Shown: piece after piece, positions 1 to 6,865 of the stretch
Layout of the letters: each line of letters opens with the position of its first letter
Position numbering within the stretch: position 1 is the stretch's first letter
The notes under the pieces: generated by a model
Database searches by the model: none
Told to the model about the DNA's origin: nothing
The model's input: only the letters and a program-made list of their open reading frames with translations
Assembly: GCA_041497675.1 (NCBI GenBank)
Contig: JBGQGY010000106.1
Location: forward strand, 1 to 12,733
Direction of reading: 5' to 3'
Length of the DNA stretch: 12,733 nt
DNA from: a bacterium
Lineage (GTDB): Bacteria; Sysuimicrobiota; Sysuimicrobiia; Sysuimicrobiales; Humicultoraceae
Made by a program: the position numbers and the translations under genes

Positions 1-112
1 AAAGCCAGTTGGCGGCGTTCATCATGCCGGTAGCGACAGTGAGAATCATACCGTGGCGGAGCAGAGGCTCAGACCAGAACGTGGCCGGGCGAACCTCAGG
101 CGATGCGGTCAC
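1..112 (-). CDS. N-terminus of a probable oligosaccharide flippase / polysaccharide biosynthesis (Wzx/MOP-like) membrane protein, runs off the left edge
   Basis: Not in the ORF track. GTG at 112-110 overlaps the upstream TAG (TAGTG) and is preceded by GGAGGA. The open frame reads MTASPEVRPATFWSEPLLRHGMILTVATGMMNAANWL..., resembling first helices of Wzx-like flippases. Only 37 codons are visible, so the product is inferred partly from context. Confidence 0.55.
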   Translation of the reverse strand, partial: MTASPEVRPATFWSEPLLRHGMILTVATGMMNAANWL

Positions 113-864
113 TAGAGGCGCACTTCCTCCTCCGCGATCAGCGTTTTCTCGTACGGCGTTGGCGACCGGAGGGAGTACGTGACGTTAAACGCGTAGGGAC
201 CGAACTGGTTGCGCAACACCTCGATTTTTCCCCCGGGGCCGGGGCGGACCGTCACGGGCGTAAAGCGGCTCGGCACATCGCTGTGCTCGTAGCGCTCGCG
301 CAGCAGATTCGACCGATCGAACGTGACCACGCCGTCGACCACCCGCAGCCGCTCGAAATACCATCCATAGTGACCCAGGACGAATCGGACCGTGTTCACC
401 GGCTGATTCGGGATGAAGAAATACCGCACGCGGGCCGTCTGGCCGGCAATCTCCACCTGCTGCTCGATCTGATAGCGCCTGGGCTCCTCGCCGCTTCGCT
501 GCGGCACGCCGAGTCCTGATGACATCGTGAGGTAGACGCGGCCTGTCTCTTTGTCGACGTGGACGTTGAACGCGTGGGACCACAGGTCCAGCGTCACGCC
601 GTCCACGGTGACAAATGATGACCACGCGCTGTACTCCACCAGCGCGTCGCCCTGCCGGTTGAAGAACACCGGTTTGTTGTTGCCCGCGTTCAGCGTGAAG
701 AGCACCGTCATGTCGCCGTTGTCGCGGCGCAACTCCTGTTGGACCGTCACCTCGGCGGCCATCAGGGCGAGGTTGCTCAGGGCCCGCCCGGCCAGCACCA
801 TGAGGGCCACCAGCCCGCAGACAATGATCACTCGGTCAATGTGCCGCAGCAGAAACCTGGTCAT
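112..864 (-). CDS. hypothetical membrane-anchored protein (one N-terminal TM helix, predicted beta-rich extracytoplasmic domain)
   Basis: 250-aa ORF with a GGAGG SD upstream of ATG 864 and hydrophobic segment VIIVCGLVALMVLAG. Overlaps the 3' end of the GT-C gene by 29 nt, consistent with an operon. Confidence 0.8.
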   Translation of the reverse strand: MTRFLLRHIDRVIIVCGLVALMVLAGRALSNLALMAAEVTVQQELRRDNGDMTVLFTLNAGNNKPVFFNRQGDALVEYSAWSSFVTVDGVTLDLWSHAFNVHVDKETGRVYLTMSSGLGVPQRSGEEPRRYQIEQQVEIAGQTARVRYFFIPNQPVNTVRFVLGHYGWYFERLRVVDGVVTFDRSNLLRERYEHSDVPSRFTPVTVRPGPGGKIEVLRNQFGPYAFNVTYSLRSPTPYEKTLIAEEEVRL

Positions 865-2176
865 GCATCCCCTCCCTCGTGATCACCCGCAGGGCGTAGA
901 TCGAGGCCGCAACAAATGCCAGCGCCAGAATAGAGAGAAAGATGGCGTGTTCCTCGAGCGGGAAGATACGCGCCCAGGCATAGGTGACGGGGAAACTCCC
1001 CCTCCAGAAGTACCGAAACAATGGTGCCGCGATGTAGACGATCGGGATGTTGATGAACGCAAACGTCAGCGGCAGAGCGTACATCAACTTGAGCACGGTC
1101 TCTTTCGCCTCGCTCGGCCACTCGGCGAGCTCCACCGCCAGCAGCGGCACCAGCAGGTAGAGATACTGCTCGTTGACGACCTTGGAGCCTAAGAAGAACG
1201 CCACCAGCGCGATGATGCACGCCTGCGCGAGCCGGTGCGGCCGCCTGGCCAGATACGCGTAGACGAGGACGAGCCCCGCGGTCTGCGTAATGTGGCCAAC
1301 GAGCGGGGACACCGCGTACGCGAGAAAGTTCATGTCGAGTCGCGTGAACAGACTGAGCGGATAGAGCAGCAGGTGAATGCTGAGGTTGGCCCCGGGCCGC
1401 GCGGCCTGGAAGAGCGCCACTTCGCGGAAGCCGGTCCAAAATGGCGCCACCACCACGGCGCAGATCCCGAAAAAGGTCGCCGCGTACGCGGCGATCACCC
1501 GTCGGTTCACACCCTGTTGCCACAGGTGCAGCAGCACGACCGGCAACAACACCGCGGGGAGAACCTTGATCAACGCCCCGGCGGCCAGGGCGGTCGCACT
1601 CGCGAGGTAGCGCTGCCGGCGCACCAGACACAGGCTGAGCAGCGCCGGAAAGACCATCAACGCTTCGACCGTCCACGTGGCCGATACGAGGATCACGAGC
1701 GGGTTGAGGAAGAAGCGGCGCGCGGCGGCTTCGCCCGTCATACGCCAGAGCAGCAGTATGATCCCGATCTCCGCTATGAAGATGGGCAATTTGAAGAACA
1801 CGTTGAAGATCGGCGGCACGATCACCGTCGCGGCCGGGCCATGAATCGTAAATTGGTAGTACAGGGGCATCACCAGGTTCGCCAGTTTGGCCACGGGATA
1901 GTAGAGCATCATCAGCAGCGGAGGATAGGCATAGTAGGCATAGAACGTTTCCTGCATTCCTCTGCTCAGGCTCTCGCGCGGCATGTTCAGTCCCTGCTGT
2001 GCCAGGTAACTCGCACTCAGGTCGTGGAAGGTCGCATACGGCGAGTGGTCTCGGGCCAAGTCGACGAACATGTTGTACCAGGTCTGTAGTTCCCACGGGT
2101 GGTTCAACGGCATGAGGATAAACCGGATCAGCAGGCCGATGAGGATCCAGCGGGGAACGCGGAACCGGTGACTCAT
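836..2176 (-). CDS. GT-C fold polytopic glycosyltransferase (GT87/DUF2029, PIG-M-like)
   Basis: Likely start is ATG 2176 (MSHRFRVPRWILIGLLIRF), giving 446 aa with many TM helices. Motifs: HPWE after TM1, YAYPPL, FKLP, FLNPLVILVS, IKVLPAVLLP, SKVVNEQYL. The ORF-track extension to 2503 is the antisense shadow of the neighbouring gene. Confidence 0.8.
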   Translation of the reverse strand: MSHRFRVPRWILIGLLIRFILMPLNHPWELQTWYNMFVDLARDHSPYATFHDLSASYLAQQGLNMPRESLSRGMQETFYAYYAYPPLLMMLYYPVAKLANLVMPLYYQFTIHGPAATVIVPPIFNVFFKLPIFIAEIGIILLLWRMTGEAAARRFFLNPLVILVSATWTVEALMVFPALLSLCLVRRQRYLASATALAAGALIKVLPAVLLPVVLLHLWQQGVNRRVIAAYAATFFGICAVVVAPFWTGFREVALFQAARPGANLSIHLLLYPLSLFTRLDMNFLAYAVSPLVGHITQTAGLVLVYAYLARRPHRLAQACIIALVAFFLGSKVVNEQYLYLLVPLLAVELAEWPSEAKETVLKLMYALPLTFAFINIPIVYIAAPLFRYFWRGSFPVTYAWARIFPLEEHAIFLSILALAFVAASIYALRVITREGMHDQVSAAAH

Positions 2177-3136
2177 CTGCGCCTGGCCGGAACGTGGCGG
2201 GCCACGGCTCTGGGCCTGCTCGGCACCGCGGCGTCTTTTTCGCTCGTCATCGGCGGATACTGGGACATCTGGTGGCACTTCAACATCGGCCGGGACAGCT
2301 TCTGGACCCGCCCCCATCTCATGGTGTATGCCGAGGTCGTCACCGCGCTTGTCCTGGGGGCGATTGGCGTCTTGGATCGTCGCCTGCGCCCCGCCGCGAT
2401 CGTCGTCGGTCTGGGCGGCCTGATCACCATCGGCACCGCCCCAATCGACAACCTCTGGCACGCGATCTTTGGCGTCGACTTCACGATCTGGAGCCCGCCC
2501 CACATCGTCATTACGGCGGGTAGCGCCGTGTCATCGATCGGTCTGGTGACTTGGTGGATGGTGCAGGAGCAGCTGACGCCCGGCCGCCGGGGGAAGATCG
2601 GCTTTCGCGTGGCGCTCGCGGCCCAGGTCGCGGCCCTTTTGCCGGTGCTGCTGGTGCTTCTGATGGAGTATGAGCAAACGCTCATCGTCCGGAGAAGCAT
2701 GCTCGCCTACCGTTGGGCCCTCCAGGCTCCCTACTATCCGATCTTCATCGCGTTCCTGACCTTCAGCGTCGCCGTGGCCGTCGCCCGCGCCATTGGACCC
2801 GCGGTCGTGGTGGTCGGGAGCATCATCGCGTATCTCTTGCTCCTCGCGTTCTCACTGTTACTCCAGGGCGCCCAGCCGATGGCGTCCCCCGTGCCGTTCT
2901 TTCTCGCGCTCATCGTCGTGGCCGCCATCATCCTCTGGGTCCCGGGACTTGCCGGGGACATCGCCGCATGCCTGGCCGCGGTCCCCGCACTCTACCTGGG
3001 CATGACCCTCGGGGCGCGCCCGATCCCCCACGAGGTGACGTCGATCCTGGGAACGGTCGCCGCCGCCGCGGCCGCAGCGGTGGCAGGACGCCTCCTCGGC
3101 CGCGCGCTTGCGATGATCGCACACGCGAGTGCTTGA
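2168..3136 (+). CDS. polytopic membrane protein with duplicated D-x2-W-H...P-H motifs (PmoC/AmoC-like putative metal sites), function unknown
   Basis: In-frame GTG at 2168 lies just before the first TM segment (start uncertain), giving about 322 aa, very hydrophobic. Motifs WDIWWHFNIGRDSFWTRPH and IDNLWHAIFGVDFTIWSPPH. Confidence 0.8.
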   Translation: MTHLRLAGTWRATALGLLGTAASFSLVIGGYWDIWWHFNIGRDSFWTRPHLMVYAEVVTALVLGAIGVLDRRLRPAAIVVGLGGLITIGTAPIDNLWHAIFGVDFTIWSPPHIVITAGSAVSSIGLVTWWMVQEQLTPGRRGKIGFRVALAAQVAALLPVLLVLLMEYEQTLIVRRSMLAYRWALQAPYYPIFIAFLTFSVAVAVARAIGPAVVVVGSIIAYLLLLAFSLLLQGAQPMASPVPFFLALIVVAAIILWVPGLAGDIAACLAAVPALYLGMTLGARPIPHEVTSILGTVAAAAAAAVAGRLLGRALAMIAHASA

Positions 3137-3236
3137 TCTCCATCCGCTCCTCGTGCTGGTCCTCGAAGCCGCGGTCATCGCGATGTGCGTGGCCTCGGGC
3201 GTGCGGGCCGCGCGGCGGGCCCGGCGCGCGCCCTAG
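3129..3236 (+). CDS. putative 35-aa single-pass membrane peptide MLDLHPLLVLVLEAAVIAMCVASGVRAARRARRAP
   Basis: Below the ORF-track cutoff. GTG 3129 overlaps the upstream stop by 8 nt and the ORF fills the gap exactly, sharing CTAG (3233-3236) with the convergent stop. Hydrophobic helix followed by an Arg-rich tail. No clear SD. Confidence 0.5.
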   Translation: MLDLHPLLVLVLEAAVIAMCVASGVRAARRARRAP

Positions 3237-4297
3237 AGATACGTCCGGATCGCCTTCAAGAACTGTCCGTCGAGCGAATCGCCCGCAATCGCAATGACGC
3301 GATCGACGTGTGGCAGGGCGTCGGTCCGCCGCTCTGCCAACCCGTAGATCATCGCCAGCCAGTAGTGCGCCTGCACGGCATTGGGTTCCCGCGCGAGGAT
3401 ACGCCGGTAGGTCTCCATCGCGTCGCCGATCCGGCCTTCGGCCCGCGCCTGCCGCCCCGGATCGAGTTGTGCGTTCGTAAAGATCGGCGACTCACCCACG
3501 TAGGTGACCGCTTTGACGCAGAAGTCGCGGACCCACGCGGCGCGCACCCCGCTGCTCTTCAGTGTCGTGCACTGTTGAAAGACCCGCTTGGCATCCGCAG
3601 GCCTGTCGAGGCTCAGCAGCGTCATGCCGTACAGGAGATAGGTGTAGTCGGTGGCACCGTCGCCCATGACCTGCTCGTATCCCCTGGCCGCTTCGATCAG
3701 GCGTCCCTGCCGTCGGAGGTAGTGGGCTGCATTCTCCGCGGGTGTGAAGTGTTTGGAATCGTCCGGTCCGGTGGCAAACGGCGACGTCAAGTCGGTGCGC
3801 GCCTCGGGGGCGCCGGCGTCGATCACCGAGAACGGGCCGAACGCCACGGAGAGCGCACGTTGGTCCCCACCCTGACCAACGCCGGCCGGTGACTGCGGCG
3901 GCTGGACGGTATGAAAGATGACGTGGTGCCGGCCCGGATCGAGCGCCAACGCGCGGACGACGATGTGGCGCTCGGCGCGGGCTTCAATTCCCCACTGCGC
4001 GACGCGGCGTCCATCGACGCTGATCTGCAGGTCGCGCGAGATGTGAAACGCTTCGGCGGTGAATCGCAGGTTGATCGCCTGCGCTCCCGCCGTCTCATTC
4101 ACGAGGAAGATCTCTCCGTCGTTGCGCATCCACTGGCGAACTCTTCCCGGCTCCCAGGTTTCCCGCTGATAGAAGTTAGCGCCGACCTGAATGCTGATCT
4201 GGGGGCTGATCTCGCGCTGGCCGTACGCAAGGCGAGAACTGGCGACGACCGGGAGACACGCGGCCAGGACGAGCGTGACGCGGAGAAGACGATGCAC
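3233..4297 (-). CDS. exported tetratricopeptide-repeat protein with N-terminal beta-sandwich domain
   Basis: Signal-peptide-like N-terminus MHRLLRVTLVLAACLPVVAS. N-domain with FYQRE..W..RQWM and GDQRALSVAF. C-terminal TPR-like helices (QGRLIEAARGYEQV, EGRIGDAMETYRRILAREPNAVQAHYWLAMIY). Confidence 0.8.
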   Translation of the reverse strand: MHRLLRVTLVLAACLPVVASSRLAYGQREISPQISIQVGANFYQRETWEPGRVRQWMRNDGEIFLVNETAGAQAINLRFTAEAFHISRDLQISVDGRRVAQWGIEARAERHIVVRALALDPGRHHVIFHTVQPPQSPAGVGQGGDQRALSVAFGPFSVIDAGAPEARTDLTSPFATGPDDSKHFTPAENAAHYLRRQGRLIEAARGYEQVMGDGATDYTYLLYGMTLLSLDRPADAKRVFQQCTTLKSSGVRAAWVRDFCVKAVTYVGESPIFTNAQLDPGRQARAEGRIGDAMETYRRILAREPNAVQAHYWLAMIYGLAERRTDALPHVDRVIAIAGDSLDGQFLKAIRTYL

Positions 4298-4422
4298 CTT
4301 GTTGTGTTGTAAGGTTGCGCGAAGTTGTCCGGAAGTTCAGTTGCACGACGGCAGACGAAAATCCTTCTGTTACTCAACAGTTGCGTTGGAGCCACGATTC
4401 GACGTTGTGGTTCGGAGGCTTC

Positions 4423-4926
4423 TCAGACCGTTGCTGCTGCGGCCACCGGGGGACGCCTGCGGGAGCCGGGCTTCGGGCCTGGCCGGCGGGGCTCACGGGC
4501 CCAGTCCTCGAGGAACCACGTCAAACTCGCCTTGTTCCACACCGGCCCAGCAGCGAGCTTTGCCAAAGGCGCTGGGAAATTGCGCGTGGCCGCGATCTGC
4601 GAGGCGCGCTGCCGGGTGACCCCCAACAAGTCCGCCAGTTCGCGAATCCCCACAAGCGTGATCTGATTCTGTTGCTCGAGCCTTCGTTCCAGATGTTCAG
4701 GGAGTTCGATCGCCACTGAGACAATTTCCGCCCCTTTGTCCCCGCGAGCACGAACCAGGGCGCTCAGGAAGGCCCGCAAGCCTTTCGTCAGCGCGGTCGT
4801 TGGCGAATCAGCATCAACTGACAGCAGCGCGTCGAGGGACGTCGGGCCCGCGGCCCCGGCCGCCGCGTATCGTTGCAAGGTCTGCTGCATGCGCTCGAGC
4901 ACGCGCAGCGCTCGCTCTGCGCCCAA
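4423..4926 (-). CDS. DNA-binding protein with C-terminal AlpA/excisionase-like HTH
   Basis: LVGIRELADLLGVTRQRASQIAATRNFPAPLAKLAAGPVW followed by basic tail RRPGPKPGSRRR. Start uncertain (TTG 4926 or ATG 4890). Confidence 0.75.
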   Translation of the reverse strand: MGAERALRVLERMQQTLQRYAAAGAAGPTSLDALLSVDADSPTTALTKGLRAFLSALVRARGDKGAEIVSVAIELPEHLERRLEQQNQITLVGIRELADLLGVTRQRASQIAATRNFPAPLAKLAAGPVWNKASLTWFLEDWAREPRRPGPKPGSRRRPPVAAAATV

Positions 4927-4934
4927 CTCGTGGG

Positions 4935-4972
4935 TGACTATACAAGACAGATCTATTTGACTATATTAGTTA
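4935..4972. promoter_or_regulatory. tandem imperfect palindromic operators overlapping the candidate sigma70 promoter of the TA operon
   Basis: TGACTA-TAC-AAGACA (4935-4949) and TGACTA-TAT-TAGTTA (4958-4972), both close to TGACTA-N3-TAGTCA. Candidate -35 TATACA (4939-4944), 17-bp spacer, -10 TATATT (4962-4967). AT-rich patch in GC-rich DNA. Confidence 0.6.
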
Positions 4973-5026
4973 TGGAAATAGTACGCAGGGGACGAGAGAG
5001 ATGGCTCGTGTCAGGGGTGGAAACTC

Positions 5027-5317
5027 GTGAAGAGCGTGCCGATAGCGGTATTGAAGGCGAAGTTGAGCGAGCATCTCGACGCCGTGAAGGCGGGTGAGGA
5101 GATCATCGTGACGGAGCGGGGCGAGCCGATCGCCAGACTCCTGCCGATCGCGCAGGAGGAGAGCATGGAGGTCCGCATAATCAGGCTGGTGGCCGCCGGG
5201 TTGGTGCGGCCCCCGGTGAGGCCGCTTCCGGATGAGTTCTGGACCATGCCGATGGCCCATGATCCTGAAGGCCTGGTTCTCAAAGCCCTTCTTGAAGATC
5301 GGGAGGAGGGCTATTGA
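5027..5317 (+). CDS. vapB: type II TA antitoxin, Phd/YefM family
   Basis: MKSVPIAVLKAKLSEHLDAVKAGEEIIVTERGEPIARLLP matches the Phd/YefM N-terminal pattern. Its stop overlaps the toxin start (TTGA). Confidence 0.9.
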   Translation: MKSVPIAVLKAKLSEHLDAVKAGEEIIVTERGEPIARLLPIAQEESMEVRIIRLVAAGLVRPPVRPLPDEFWTMPMAHDPEGLVLKALLEDREEGY

Positions 5318-5733
5318 AGTTCTGGGATACATCTGCCCTGGTGCCGCTCTTCGCGACAGAACCCCCATCTGAACAGATGCTGAAGCTTCTTCACGCCGAC
5401 CCCAGCGTCGCCGCATGGTGGAGTTCAGCGGTCGAGTGCTCGGCAGCGCTCGCGCGTCGTGCCCGTGAGGGCAGCTTGTCAGCCGACGACTGGGACAACG
5501 CGTTAGCCAGGCTGCAGGTGCTGAAGGATTCGTGGTTTGAGGTTGAACCCAGCGAGCGGATTCGCGCGCTCGCGGCGCGCTTGGTCCGCGTGCACACGCT
5601 TCGCGCCAGCGACGCCTTTCAACTCGCGGCGGCGCTCGTGTGGATCGACAAGGCGGCGCCGGGCGAACTCGTCACCCTCGATCGCCGGCTACACACCGCT
5701 GCGCGTCTCGAGGGGTTTAGGGTGCTCCCTTAA
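5314..5733 (+). CDS. vapC: type II TA toxin, VapC PIN-domain ribonuclease
   Basis: PIN motifs FWDTSALV, VECSAAL, LRASDAFQLAAA, VTLDRRL. GGAGG SD upstream of TTG 5314. Confidence 0.92.
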   Translation: MKFWDTSALVPLFATEPPSEQMLKLLHADPSVAAWWSSAVECSAALARRAREGSLSADDWDNALARLQVLKDSWFEVEPSERIRALAARLVRVHTLRASDAFQLAAALVWIDKAAPGELVTLDRRLHTAARLEGFRVLP

Positions 5734-5735
5734 CG

Positions 5736-5996
5736 GTGCGACTCGACAAATTTCTCCAGACGAGCCGGTTGATCAAGCGCCGCACGCTCGCCAACCGCCT
5801 GTGCGACGCCGGCAAGATCACGCTCAACGGACGGCGCGCCAAAGCCGCGGCCGACGTGAAGGTCGACGATCTCATCGGCGTCGACTTTGTGACACGGCAG
5901 ATCGTCGCGAAGGTGCTGCGCATACCGGAAGGGCGGCCGTCGCCGGAGCCCGTCTATCAGGTCGTCGAAGACCGGCGCTCCGCCGAGGCCTGGTAG
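5736..5996 (+). CDS. rqcP: S4-domain RNA-binding protein, RqcP/YabO (Hsp15-like)
   Basis: 86 aa; MRLDKFLQTSRLIKRRTLANRLCDAGKITLNG..AK...VKVDD matches the YabO/RqcP signature, and the length fits the short form without the Hsp15 C-terminal extension. Confidence 0.85.
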   Translation: MRLDKFLQTSRLIKRRTLANRLCDAGKITLNGRRAKAAADVKVDDLIGVDFVTRQIVAKVLRIPEGRPSPEPVYQVVEDRRSAEAW

Positions 5997-6865
5997 GTCG
6001 CTCTCGCCGTCCGCAAGACCTGCAGGATCGCGATTCCTCCGACGATACACACCGCGCCCAGCGTCTGAATCACCGACAGCCGGTCGTGCAACAGGATCAC
6101 CCCGAGGCTCACCGTCACCACCGGCTCGAAACTGCTGAGGACCGCGACGTGCGCCGCGGCCAGGCGCCGGAAGGCGTGGAGCATGAGTAGCGGTGCCAGG
6201 ACGCCCGCCAGCATGCCCGACGCGGCGGTCGCCCACAGCGCCGGCGTGTACGCGGGCAGACCCCACTGCCCGGTGAGCGTGGCGACGACCGCAAAGATCA
6301 CGCCCGACGTCGCCAGCAGCACGTTCAACGCGGCAAGCGGCTCGACATTTTGGAGCACCCGCCGCGCGGCCACGGCATAGAACCCCGCCGATATGGTCGT
6401 CATCGTCACGGCGACGAGTCCGGCCGTCTTGCCGAGTGACGGCGTCTGCCCGGCGACCAGGGTCGCGCCGGCAATCACCAAGAGCAGCACCGGCGCGTCG
6501 GTCCAGCGGATCCGCTCACCGAGGACGATCCACGCGATCCAGGCCACGTGCAGCGGGTACAGCGCCACCAAGACCGCGACGGACGACACGGGGAGATACT
6601 TCAGGCCAAAGACGAACCCGTACGCCTGCAGAGGGATCAGCACCCCGCCCATCAGCAGCAGTGGGGTCAGGCGGCTTCGCGGGGGCAGCACGAGTAATTT
6701 TGTCAGCGCGAGCACGACCCACAGCATGGGGACGGCAATCACCGTGCGAACGGCGAGCACCTGGATGGGCGTCATCCCGGCGTCGAGCGCGATCTTCATC
6801 AGGATCGGGGACACGCCGTACAGCGTCGCCGCGAGCAGCACGATCGCGGCGGACTGCGTCGGCAT
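5957..6865 (-). CDS. EamA/DMT family transporter
   Basis: 302 aa, about 10 TM helices in two repeats. Motifs LYPLHVAWIAWIVLGER and FEPVVTVSLGVILLHDRLS. Start overlaps the OYE stop (TGATG). Confidence 0.92.
   Translation of the reverse strand: MPTQSAAIVLLAATLYGVSPILMKIALDAGMTPIQVLAVRTVIAVPMLWVVLALTKLLVLPPRSRLTPLLLMGGVLIPLQAYGFVFGLKYLPVSSVAVLVALYPLHVAWIAWIVLGERIRWTDAPVLLLVIAGATLVAGQTPSLGKTAGLVAVTMTTISAGFYAVAARRVLQNVEPLAALNVLLATSGVIFAVVATLTGQWGLPAYTPALWATAASGMLAGVLAPLLMLHAFRRLAAAHVAVLSSFEPVVTVSLGVILLHDRLSVIQTLGAVCIVGGIAILQVLRTARATYQASAERRSSTT

Noticed and set aside
2177..2503. 109-aa N-terminal extension of the GT-C ORF (and 2099-2167 extension of the plus-strand ORF)
   Set aside because: Hydrophilic, low-information sequence that is the antisense read of the neighbouring gene; recognisable membrane-protein sequence begins at 2176 and 2168.
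2168..3136. Calling this gene pmoC/amoC and inferring methane or ammonia oxidation
   Set aside because: Similarity is limited to motif spacing and no A or B subunits are present, so the function cannot be transferred.
4390..4412. Intrinsic terminator after the HTH gene
   Set aside because: The stem depends on G-U pairs on the plus strand, is mismatched on the transcribed minus strand, and lacks a U-tract.
4298..4422. CRISPR array, tRNA or LexA box in the GTT-rich region
   Set aside because: No repeats of 20 bp or more with spacers, no cloverleaf, and CTGT-N6-ACAG has the wrong spacing for the CTGT-N8-ACAG SOS box.
4423..5733. Mobile element or prophage remnant carrying HTH + vapBC
   Set aside because: No integrase, transposase, terminal repeats or target-site duplication visible; only the gene content is suggestive.
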